Shown piece by piece: positions 29,298-37,552 of a stretch of 49,079 nt of DNA. Each line of letters begins with the position of its first letter. Positions within the stretch are counted from its first letter, which is position 1. The position numbers were made by a program, and so were the translations under genes. Origin of the DNA: an uncultured Gammaproteobacteria bacterium (GTDB lineage Bacteria; Patescibacteriota; Patescibacteriia; Magasanikbacterales; GWA2-37-8); the NCBI GenBank assembly GCA_964536725.1, contig CAZHYJ010000004.1, positions 48,940-98,018 on the forward strand, in the 5' to 3' direction. The notes under the pieces were generated by a model. It was not told the DNA's origin and did not search any database. It saw only the letters and a program-made list of their open reading frames with translations.

Positions 29298-29378
29298 AAG
29301 AACCGCTCGCAACCACCATGTTTTTTTCTAAAATTTTTGGAGAAAGACATGGAGGGGGTATATTTGCGAGCGGTTCTT
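29298..29378 (+). repeat. Conserved compound hairpin B
   Basis: Perfect 15-bp outer stem AAGAACCGCTCGCAA/TTGCGAGCGGTTCTT, inner CCATGT/ACATGG, followed by a T tract. Confidence 0.7.
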
Positions 29379-29434
29379 TTTTACTCATTTAGCAAGGTTG
29401 CTTAAAACCTTGTTTTTTGTTAAAATATCCTTGC

Positions 29435-29460
29435 TATATTCGCTAAAGCGATATATTCTC
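29435..29460. repeat. 26-nt palindromic dispersed repeat, copy 2
   Basis: TATATTCGCTAAAGCGATATATTCTC; matches 10827-10852. Confidence 0.75.
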
Positions 29461-29512
29461 ATTCGTTCGGAAAAGGAAAATTTGTTTTCCTTTTCTCTCA
29501 CTCATCTCAAAT

Positions 29513-30211
29513 ATGAACCAAGTAGAAATCGTTTTTAATAACCAAAAAATTAAGGGTGTCTGGCGGGATGAAGCGGACGAAAGTGTCTGGGCGGAAATCT
29601 TTAAATGGCGTGAGTATCGGGTGGTTGAGGATATTATCAAGCGGGATGATGTCCAGATTTTTGATATTGGTGCCCATGCTGGTTTTTTTGTTTTGTACTG
29701 TTTAGCTCTGAACGACAAAGTCAAGGTTGTCTGTGTTGAACCGGAAAAGAAAAATCTGGAGGCGTTGGCGAGTAATCTAAAATTAAATAACAATTTTAAA
29801 AAAGTTAAGATTGTTCCCGGTGCGTTAGCTTTGGTTGATGGTGATTGCTTTTTAAAGATTTCAGCTGACAGCCACAATCATCATATTTTAGCGAACGATG
29901 AAAACGCTGAAGGGGTGGAAAAGGTTGTTGGTGTTAGTTTGTTGGGTCTGGTGAAAAAAAACAAAGTAAAAAAGATTGATCTGCTTAAAATGGATATTGA
30001 AGGAAGTGAGTTTGATTTGATAGAAAGTTGGAGCGATGGAGAATGGAAAATTATTGCCAACTTGATCTTTGAGTACCACGAACAATCTGGCCATGGAAAA
30101 GAAGAATTGTTAGATATCCTCCGTCAGAATGGATTTGGTGTGCAGGTGTTCCCATCGCGATTTGACAAAACTATGGGAATTATTTTTGCTAACAACAAAA
30201 GAATAAAATAA
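29513..30211 (+). CDS. FkbM family SAM methyltransferase
   Basis: FDIGAHAG, VEPEKKN, LLKMDIEGSE. Confidence 0.85.
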   Translation: MNQVEIVFNNQKIKGVWRDEADESVWAEIFKWREYRVVEDIIKRDDVQIFDIGAHAGFFVLYCLALNDKVKVVCVEPEKKNLEALASNLKLNNNFKKVKIVPGALALVDGDCFLKISADSHNHHILANDENAEGVEKVVGVSLLGLVKKNKVKKIDLLKMDIEGSEFDLIESWSDGEWKIIANLIFEYHEQSGHGKEELLDILRQNGFGVQVFPSRFDKTMGIIFANNKRIK

Positions 30212-30238
30212 TTTTAATTTCTCTTACTTATTTTGAAT

Positions 30239-31567
30239 ATGCAACACGAAGCTTGGGTAGTTGCAGTGGATATGGGCTATGGCCACCAAAGAGCCGCCTA
30301 TCCTTTGCGTCATCTTTCTCCTACGGGCAAAGTAATTATTGCTAATAATTACGAAGGTATTCCTCAGAGAGATCGTGCTTTTTGGAAAAGTTCACAAAGC
30401 CTTTACGAATTTTTTTCGCGCGCAAAAACATGGCCATTGATCGGTGATTGGGTTTTTAAAACTTTTATTGACAATCCGCAGCGCATCAACAAATTTTATC
30501 CGCGTCGCGATTTGTCTAAACCGAACTTTCAATTAAAAAATACCTATCGACTGATTCGTGCCGGTTGGGGGAAGGACTTAGTTGAATTTTTTAACAAAAA
30601 GGACGTTCCACTAATCACTACTTTTTTTTCGGTAGCTTTTTTTGCAGAAGAACACAAATTTAGAAACGAGATCTATTGTGTTGTGTGTGACAGTGATGTT
30701 AGTCGAACTTGGGCACCCTTAAACCCTGCTAAAAGTAGGATAAAATATTTGGCGCCATGCCGTCGGGTAGTAGAGCGCCTAAAACTTTATGGTGTACCTG
30801 CGAAGAATATATTTCTTACTGGTTTTCCTTTGCCGGAAGAAAATTTGGGTGGAAAAAAATTAAATATTTTAAAAAAAGATTTGGAAGAAAGAATAGTGAA
30901 TTTAGACCCGGAAAGGCATTATCGTCAAAAATACATGGGTACAGTAAAGCAATTTCTTAAAGGGGTAAAAGAACATGAGCGCCATGAACACCCGTTGACT
31001 TTGACTTTTGCTGTTGGTGGGGCGGGCGCGCAACGCAATTTGGCTTTAACGATTCTGCAGAGTCTGCGTGAAAAAATTATTGACGGGAAAATAAACTTAA
31101 ATTTGGTTGCCGGCTCCAGAAACGATGTTTATCTTTATTTCAAGCATCAGGCAGAAAAAATGGGTTTACAAAAAAAACTTGGGAATAATTTAAATATTAT
31201 TTTTGCGGTAGAAAAGGAGGATTATTTTGCTCTTTTTAACGAAGTGTTGCGCACCACGGATGTTTTGTGGACGAAACCGAGCGAGTTGGTTTTTTATACT
31301 GCTCTGGGGTTACCGGTTATTATTGCCCCACCGCTTGGTTCGCAAGAAGATTTTAATAAAATCTGGTTGAAAACTGTTGGTGCAGGTATCTCTCAAGAAG
31401 ATCCGCGTTATGTTGATGAGTGGTTGTTTGATTGGATTAAGACAGGTTGGTTGGCGGAAGCGGCTATGGCGGGGTTTTTGGATGGGCGACAGTTCGGTGT
31501 TCAAAATATGGTGGACGTTGTTTTTAATAATGTGGTTGAACCGGCGCGTGATTATCAGTTGTTGTAA
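30239..31567 (+). CDS. GT-B fold glycosyltransferase-like protein (MGDG synthase/MurG-like)
   Basis: DMGYGHQRAA, TGFP, GGAG, WTKPSE, GSQE. Confidence 0.6.
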   Translation: MQHEAWVVAVDMGYGHQRAAYPLRHLSPTGKVIIANNYEGIPQRDRAFWKSSQSLYEFFSRAKTWPLIGDWVFKTFIDNPQRINKFYPRRDLSKPNFQLKNTYRLIRAGWGKDLVEFFNKKDVPLITTFFSVAFFAEEHKFRNEIYCVVCDSDVSRTWAPLNPAKSRIKYLAPCRRVVERLKLYGVPAKNIFLTGFPLPEENLGGKKLNILKKDLEERIVNLDPERHYRQKYMGTVKQFLKGVKEHERHEHPLTLTFAVGGAGAQRNLALTILQSLREKIIDGKINLNLVAGSRNDVYLYFKHQAEKMGLQKKLGNNLNIIFAVEKEDYFALFNEVLRTTDVLWTKPSELVFYTALGLPVIIAPPLGSQEDFNKIWLKTVGAGISQEDPRYVDEWLFDWIKTGWLAEAAMAGFLDGRQFGVQNMVDVVFNNVVEPARDYQLL

Positions 31568-31629
31568 GTTTGACCATATTGGTTTAATTTGGTATGATAT
31601 AAGTAATAAAATATTAAATAGTTAGATTT

Positions 31630-32004
31630 ATGAAAAAACAGTTAGTTTTATATGTAATAGCACTGGTAGTCACAATTGCGGGAGTGTCATTTTGGGCGTA
31701 TCAAAACAGTAAGCCGATGTCGGATGATGGACGCCTTATTTTATATTTTAGTAATGGGTGTGTGCATTGTGCTAATGTAGAAAAGTTTATGGCGGACAAT
31801 GGTGTAAAAGAGAAAATTACTAAGTTGGAAGTGAAAGAAGGTAATATTAACCGCACTAATGCTGCGGAGATGGTGAAATATGCCAAACAATGTAGTTTAC
31901 CATTAAGCCAGATCGGTTTTCCATTTTTATGGACGGGCAACGAATGTTTGATGGGGGATATAGATATCGTTGGTTATTTTTCTGAACAAATTAAAGTCAA
32001 ATAG
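31630..32004 (+). CDS. Exported thioredoxin/glutaredoxin-fold protein
   Basis: N-terminal TM, YFSNGCVHC, GFPFL cis-Pro-like motif. Confidence 0.7.
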   Translation: MKKQLVLYVIALVVTIAGVSFWAYQNSKPMSDDGRLILYFSNGCVHCANVEKFMADNGVKEKITKLEVKEGNINRTNAAEMVKYAKQCSLPLSQIGFPFLWTGNECLMGDIDIVGYFSEQIKVK

Positions 32005-32005
32005 T

Positions 32006-32506
32006 ATGCGAAAATTATTTTTTGTTTTACTGTCTTTGGGTTTGCTGTTGCGCGCTTCGACGGCTTCAGCAGTTTGTCCGGTTTGCACGTTTGCCGTGGG
32101 GGCAGGTGTTGGTTTGGCACAATGGATCGGTATTGATGATACTATCTCGGGTGTTTGGATCGGTGGTTTAACAGTTTCGATGATTATTTGGACGATTAAC
32201 TGGTTAAATAAAAAACATTGGATTTTTAAGGGGTATAAAAGTATAATTGCTATAGCATATTATCTTTTGATTGTGGTGCCATTGTATTACAGCGGACTAA
32301 TTGGCCATCCTTATAACACTCTTTGGGGTATGGACAAATTATTGGCGGGCATTGTCTTTGGTGGTTTGGTGTTTTTAGGATCAGTAAAATGGTATGAATA
32401 TTTGAAGAAGAAAAACAACGGACACGCTCATTTTCCTTTTGAAAAAGTAGTTTTTCCAGTTGGGGCACTAGCTCTGTCTAGTTTATTATTTTATTTTTTA
32501 AGTTGA
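32006..32506 (+). CDS. Membrane protein with N-terminal CPVC motif
   Basis: Signal peptide ending ASA, then VCPVC, then about four TM helices; ATG one base after the upstream stop. Confidence 0.65.
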   Translation: MRKLFFVLLSLGLLLRASTASAVCPVCTFAVGAGVGLAQWIGIDDTISGVWIGGLTVSMIIWTINWLNKKHWIFKGYKSIIAIAYYLLIVVPLYYSGLIGHPYNTLWGMDKLLAGIVFGGLVFLGSVKWYEYLKKKNNGHAHFPFEKVVFPVGALALSSLLFYFLS

Positions 32507-32531
32507 CCATTGTGTGGAATAATAAAAATAT

Positions 32532-32560
32532 AAACACTGCCTGTTGGCCAGTGTTTTTTT
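32532..32560 (+). terminator. Intrinsic terminator
   Basis: AAACACTG..CAGTGTTTTTTT. Confidence 0.6.
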
Positions 32561-32602
32561 GTGGTATAATGTATATGTTATAATATTTTTTTCTGCTTAA
32601 CT

Positions 32603-34282
32603 ATGGATAATGTGATTTTACAGATGGCGGTATTGCTCGGGATTACCGTGGTTGTGGCTTTTTTAATGCGTTTATTACGTCAACCTTTGATCGTATCTTA
32701 TATTATTGCCGGTATTGCTTGTGGTCCATTTTTTTTGAATTTGTTGCGCGACCAAAAGCAGATGTATGAAGTTCTTGGTCAATTTGGCGTAGTGTTATTA
32801 TTATTTATCATTGGTTTGAGTTTAAATATTCATCATTTAAAACACATTGGAAAAATCTCTGTAATAACCGGTTTTGCGCAGTTTGTTTTTACTGCCGTTA
32901 TCGGCACGTTTCTGTTATTGATTCTTAAATTAAGCTTGGCGACTTCTCTGTTCTTGGCAATTGCCATTACTTTTTCCAGTACAATAATAATAATGCGCTT
33001 GTTGTCTGATAAAAAAGATACGGAAACTGTTTACGGTAAACATGTGGTTGGTTTACTGATGGTGCAGGATATTATTGCGATTTTGATCATGATATTTTTG
33101 GGTGTCTTGAAGAGTGGTGGAGAGCAGGCCACCTATACGTTGTTGATTTTATTTATCAAAGGTGTTTTTTCGGTTTTGGCAGTAGTGGTTTTGTCAAAAT
33201 ATTTATTACCGACTATTTTGGAAAAAGTTTCGGAATTAAGTGAGTTATTGTTTATCTTTACAATCGCTTGGTGTTTTGGTATGGCTAGCTTGTTGCATTT
33301 TTTGGGTTTTTCAACTGAGATTGGGGCAATTGCCGCCGGTTTGGCTTTAAGTTCTTCGCCATATCAACCACAAATCGTTAGTCGTCTTAAACCATTGCGA
33401 GATTTCTTCCTGGTTCTATTTTTTATTGTGTTAGGAAGCACGATGGCCATTTCTTCACTTTCATCAATCTGGTTACCAGGCGTTATTTTGTCGCTTTTTA
33501 TTTTGATCGGCAATCCGCTTATTTTATATTTTGTTTTTCGTGGTTTCAAATTTACCAGACGAAACAGTTTTTTGATTGGTTTGACTGCTGCCCAGGTTAG
33601 TGAATTTGGTTTTATACTACTTTTTACCGGTGAGCAAACAGGGCATATCGTCGGTGATGAGGTGGCAATCTTCACTTTTGTAGCTTTAGTGACAATATTC
33701 TTTTCTTCTTATCTGATACTTTATAACGAAAAAATTTATCAATGGTTTTTACCATGGTTTAAGCTGTTTGGACCAGATAAGGCTTTAGACGAGCGTCAAA
33801 AGCATCTACCGCTTTATAATGTTTGGGTGATCGGTTATCATCGCATTGGCTATGGTATTTGTGAAGCGTTGTTGGGGATGAAGAGTAAGTTTGCAGTAAT
33901 AGATTTTGATCCAGCGGTAGTTAAGAAATTGCATACACGTAAAATTCCAGTAGTTTTTGGAGATATTGCGGATGTTGAGTTCTTGGGAGATTTGCGTTTT
34001 GAGCATACTAAATTGGTAATCATGACGATTCCAGCTGCAGATGATCAAATAAACATGATCAAATATTTGACGCGCCACAAAAGTACCGCTATCATTATCG
34101 CCAACGCCTATCATCGGTCTGACGCAACGGCGCTTTACAAAGCTGGTGCTGACTATGTGATGATGCCATATTTATGGGGAGGGGATTGGGCAGCCGCAAT
34201 GATTAAAAAAAACAAGTGGACCAAGAAGAATTTTGACAAGCTAAAAAAAGAGCAAAAGAAGTTACTAACAATGTCTAGTTAA
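32603..34282 (+). CDS. CPA2 cation:proton antiporter with RCK/TrkA-N domain (Kef-like)
   Basis: About 12 TM helices, FSSTII, QDI, FFIVLG, QVSEFGF, GYHRIG, FGD. Confidence 0.85.
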   Translation: MDNVILQMAVLLGITVVVAFLMRLLRQPLIVSYIIAGIACGPFFLNLLRDQKQMYEVLGQFGVVLLLFIIGLSLNIHHLKHIGKISVITGFAQFVFTAVIGTFLLLILKLSLATSLFLAIAITFSSTIIIMRLLSDKKDTETVYGKHVVGLLMVQDIIAILIMIFLGVLKSGGEQATYTLLILFIKGVFSVLAVVVLSKYLLPTILEKVSELSELLFIFTIAWCFGMASLLHFLGFSTEIGAIAAGLALSSSPYQPQIVSRLKPLRDFFLVLFFIVLGSTMAISSLSSIWLPGVILSLFILIGNPLILYFVFRGFKFTRRNSFLIGLTAAQVSEFGFILLFTGEQTGHIVGDEVAIFTFVALVTIFFSSYLILYNEKIYQWFLPWFKLFGPDKALDERQKHLPLYNVWVIGYHRIGYGICEALLGMKSKFAVIDFDPAVVKKLHTRKIPVVFGDIADVEFLGDLRFEHTKLVIMTIPAADDQINMIKYLTRHKSTAIIIANAYHRSDATALYKAGADYVMMPYLWGGDWAAAMIKKNKWTKKNFDKLKKEQKKLLTMSS

Positions 34283-34288
34283 ATAACT

Positions 34289-34786
34289 ATGCGTACTGCC
34301 AATCGAAAACCAGGGCCATTTAGCCTACTTAAGCCCGACCCGGTGATTACTAAAGAAAAATTTAATGAGCTTGAAAACAAGTTAGAGAGACTAAAAAAAG
34401 CCAAACCAGCGGCCGCTGTGGAGGTGGCGCGTTTGGCGGAGCTGGGTGATTTTTCGGAGAATGTTGAATACCAGATGGCCAAAGGGAAGCTGCGGGGGAT
34501 TAATAGTAGGATTCTGAATTTAGAAAATCAACTTCACGAAGCTGTGGTGGTAGAGGAGCAAAAATCGACGGGTGTCGTCCAAGTTGGCAGTATTGTGACC
34601 GTTGCTCAAGGTGGCAAGGAAAAAGTCTTTAAAATACTTGGCTCAGTCGAATCTGACCCGAAAAACGGGGTTATTTCTTACAATTCGCCCATCGGTGCAG
34701 CCCTATTAGGGGCTGAGAAAGGGGGGAAAGTGGTTGTAAAACTGGCCGATCGTGCGGTTGAATATCGCGTTGTAAAGGTGGAATAA
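34289..34786 (+). CDS. greA: Transcription elongation factor GreA/GreB
   Basis: GDFSENVEY, VQVGSIV, ISYNSPIGAALLG. Confidence 0.9.
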   Translation: MRTANRKPGPFSLLKPDPVITKEKFNELENKLERLKKAKPAAAVEVARLAELGDFSENVEYQMAKGKLRGINSRILNLENQLHEAVVVEEQKSTGVVQVGSIVTVAQGGKEKVFKILGSVESDPKNGVISYNSPIGAALLGAEKGGKVVVKLADRAVEYRVVKVE

Positions 34787-34795
34787 ATTGCTGCA

Positions 34796-34824
34796 TTGAC
34801 TTTTTCTGGTTTTTGTGGTATACT
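34796..34824 (+). promoter_or_regulatory. Sigma70 promoter of the cold-shock gene
   Basis: TTGACT-17 nt-TATACT preceded by TGTGG. Confidence 0.7.
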
Positions 34825-34908
34825 ACTTTTGTAAAATATCCTGAGAAACCTCGTCGACTTTCTTCAAAGGGTATAGAAAATTTGCACTTATTTATTTGTC
34901 TTACAAAT

Positions 34909-35121
34909 ATGAAAGGTACTATCAAAAGTATTATCGCTGAGAAACACTTTGGTTTCATCACGCCTGATGCTGAAGAGCATGAGCCAAAAGACGTTTTCTT
35001 CCATGAGAGCGGTTTGGCTGAAGGTATTCAGTTTGCTAGTTTAAAAATTGGCGACGTTGTTACTTTCGAAAAAGAGGATTCTGATAAAGGTCCTCGCGCA
35101 GTTGGCATCGTTCTAGCTTAA
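34909..35121 (+). CDS. csp: Cold-shock domain protein
   Basis: FGFI RNP1, DVFFHES RNP2, KGPRA; 70 aa. Confidence 0.9.
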   Translation: MKGTIKSIIAEKHFGFITPDAEEHEPKDVFFHESGLAEGIQFASLKIGDVVTFEKEDSDKGPRAVGIVLA

Positions 35122-35140
35122 ATTCTTCCAAGAATTCAAC

Positions 35141-35173
35141 AATACCTCGCACTAATTTAGTGTGGGGTATTTT
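35141..35173 (+). terminator. Intrinsic terminator
   Basis: AATACCTCGCACTA-at-TTAGTGTGGGGTATTTT. Confidence 0.7.
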
Positions 35174-35180
35174 GTTTTTA

Positions 35181-35209
35181 TTGACAAATAGCTAAAAATA
35201 TGAGATAAT
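35181..35209 (+). promoter_or_regulatory. Sigma70 promoter of the ABC-F gene
   Basis: TTGACA-17 nt-GATAAT. Confidence 0.65.
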
Positions 35210-35221
35210 CAGGCTTTGTCA

Positions 35222-35319
35222 CGCCATAGTCCTTTCAAGGACGAAGGCAGATGTTTAGTAATCGCCTACGCATAAATGCTATGGCGCTTCAATGTCGCCT
35301 ACGCATAAATGCTGCGGCG
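35222..35319. repeat. Cluster of three REP-like palindromes
   Basis: CGCCTACGCATAAATGCT(ATG/GCG)GCG at 35263 and 35296 (33-nt period), plus the inverted relative CGCCATAG..CGAAGGC at 35222-35248. Confidence 0.7.
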
Positions 35320-35328
35320 TATCACAGT

Positions 35329-36780
35329 ATGGCCGAAGATGTAATTTTACGGTTCGACAATGTAACGTTTGAATATGCGGAAAAGAAACCCGTGCTTGAC
35401 GAGGTGTCTTTTGGTGTGCGTAAAAGTGCAAAAATTACTTTGATGGGACAAAACGGTGCGGGTAAAAGCACGATCTTTAAATTGATAAAAGGGGAATTAA
35501 AACCAACTAAAGGCAAGGTGTTTATCACCAACGATGCATCGATTGCCACCGCGCTACAGATGGTTGAAAAGCAAGATTTGGGTTTGACGGTCGAACAATA
35601 TTTTTCTAAAGCATTTAATGAAGTTCCTGGGAATATTAAGAGTCAGATCAGTAAAGTGATGAACGCGGTTAATTTGACCGTACCAACTGATCGCAATGTT
35701 GGGGATCTGTCAGGTGGTCAACAGGCGAGACTTTTGTTGGCCTATGCCTTAATCCAAAATCCAGACATTTTACTCTTAGATGAGCCAACGAATAATTTAG
35801 ATAAAGAAGGTATTGACCATTTGATTGAATTTTTGGTGATGTACGACAAAACCGTGATGGTCATCTCTCACGACGCTGATTTTTTAAATTGTTTTACTGA
35901 GGGTGTTGTCTATTTAGATGTTTTTACCAAAAAAGTTGAGACATACGTCGGTGACTATTATTCAGTAGTAGAAGAAATTAGTTTGCGTATTGAGAGAGAA
36001 ATAAAGAAAAATGCGCAATTGCAAAAAGAGATTCAAGATAACAAAGAAAAAGTAAACTTTTTTGCCAATAAAGGTGGTAAGATGCGCAAATTGGCCAGTA
36101 AACTAAAAGAAGAAATTGAAGAACTGGAAGAAAACAAAGTGGATGTTCGTCGCGAAGATAAAACCATTCGTGAATTTACTATTCCGGCGCAAGGAATCGT
36201 AGGTAATGTGGTGACGATCAATTCAGTGAAGGTGATTAAAAATCATGAGGCAGAAACAAAAGAAGTGAATATTTTACTTCGTCAAAGAGATCGACTTTTG
36301 ATTTCTGGTCCAAATGGTATTGGTAAAAGTACCCTGCTTCGTTCTTTGGTAAATCACGCTGATGATGGCCAAATTATTTTAAAAGACACCCGCGTCGGTT
36401 ACTATAGCCAAGACTTTGCTACCTTAGACTATGAGCAAACAGTCTTTGATTCTTTAAAGGATGTCTTAACTGCAGAGACAGATATTCAGGAAATGCGCTC
36501 AATCGCCGCTGGTTTTTTGATTACTGGTGAATTAATGGGGCTTAAAATTGCTCAACTTTCAGAAGGTCAGAAAGGTTTGTTATCATTCGCGCGCTTGGTG
36601 TTGTTGCGACCGGGCCTTTTGGTGTTGGACGAACCAACAAATCATATTAATTTTCGCCATATTCCCGTGATTGCCAAGGCAATTAACGAATTTGACGGCG
36701 CGATTGTTCTGATCAGTCATATGCCGGATTTTGTCAAAAAAATCAAGTTTAACAACGAATTAGACCTCGGTAAGCTATAA
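35329..36780 (+). CDS. ABC-F family ATPase
   Basis: Two NBDs (GQNGAGKST/LSGGQ/DEPTNNLD and GPNGIGKST/LSEGQ/DEPTNH), no TM segments. Confidence 0.9.
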   Translation: MAEDVILRFDNVTFEYAEKKPVLDEVSFGVRKSAKITLMGQNGAGKSTIFKLIKGELKPTKGKVFITNDASIATALQMVEKQDLGLTVEQYFSKAFNEVPGNIKSQISKVMNAVNLTVPTDRNVGDLSGGQQARLLLAYALIQNPDILLLDEPTNNLDKEGIDHLIEFLVMYDKTVMVISHDADFLNCFTEGVVYLDVFTKKVETYVGDYYSVVEEISLRIEREIKKNAQLQKEIQDNKEKVNFFANKGGKMRKLASKLKEEIEELEENKVDVRREDKTIREFTIPAQGIVGNVVTINSVKVIKNHEAETKEVNILLRQRDRLLISGPNGIGKSTLLRSLVNHADDGQIILKDTRVGYYSQDFATLDYEQTVFDSLKDVLTAETDIQEMRSIAAGFLITGELMGLKIAQLSEGQKGLLSFARLVLLRPGLLVLDEPTNHINFRHIPVIAKAINEFDGAIVLISHMPDFVKKIKFNNELDLGKL

Positions 36781-36860
36781 ACTGGCTCGGCTATTGATTT
36801 TTATTAGGAAATGTGGTAGAATCATGGAAATTACATTTTAAGTAATTCCAAATATAATAT

Positions 36861-37511
36861 ATGGGTAATTTTAGTCGTGAAGGCGGTAGATCAGGTGGCG
36901 GTGGTGGACGCGGCGGTTTTGGTGGTGGAAGATCGTTTGGCGGTGGTGGTAGATCGTTTGGTGGTGGTAGATCATTCGGTGGTGGTAGAGACAGAGATGG
37001 TGGCGACAGACCAATGCACAAAGCTACTTGTAGTGAATGTGGCAACAGCTGTGAGCTTCCTTTCAAACCAACCGGCGATCGACCAGTATTCTGCAGCACT
37101 TGTTTTGGAAAACAACAAGACGGCGGCGGTGCTAGTAGACCAACCAGATCATTTGGTGGTGAGAGACGTGAAAGACCTCGTTTTGATGACAACCAAATGC
37201 ATGATGCTATCTGTGGTAAATGTGGCAAAGAATGCCAGGTACCTTTCAAACCAATGGCTGGTAAGGATGTATTCTGTAGTGATTGTTTTGAAAAAGGTGG
37301 CAAGGGTGGTAAAGATACTGGTGAGCTTATGGATCAGTTGAAAGCATTACATGTGAAGATCGATAAGTTGATGGCAATTTTAAACCCAAAGGCGACAGTA
37401 GAAAAAACTGAGAAGCCTGAGGCAAAAAAAGAAATCGCAACCAAAGAGGTTGTGAAAGAAAAAGCCAAAAAAGCTGCTCCTAAAAAAGTTGCAGCTAAGA
37501 AGAAGAAATAA
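36861..37511 (+). CDS. RGG-rich protein with two CxxC-x17-CxxC zinc ribbons and a Lys-rich tail
   Basis: CSECGNSCELPFKPTGDRPVFCSTC and CGKCGKECQVPFKPMAGKDVFCSDC. Confidence 0.8.
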   Translation: MGNFSREGGRSGGGGGRGGFGGGRSFGGGGRSFGGGRSFGGGRDRDGGDRPMHKATCSECGNSCELPFKPTGDRPVFCSTCFGKQQDGGGASRPTRSFGGERRERPRFDDNQMHDAICGKCGKECQVPFKPMAGKDVFCSDCFEKGGKGGKDTGELMDQLKALHVKIDKLMAILNPKATVEKTEKPEAKKEIATKEVVKEKAKKAAPKKVAAKKKK

Positions 37512-37521
37512 AAAAGTTTTT

Positions 37522-37552
37522 AAAACCCCGACTGTAAAAAGTTGGGGTTTTT
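37522..37552. terminator. Bidirectional terminator
   Basis: AAAACCCCGACT..AGTTGGGGTTTTT between convergent genes. Confidence 0.7.

Noticed and set aside
28802-29460. Classical tRNA-integrated island at tRNA-Gln
   Set aside because: No repeat of the tRNA 3-prime end and no recombinase downstream
35263-35319. CRISPR array
   Set aside because: Only two 24-nt units with a 9-nt spacer, and no cas genes
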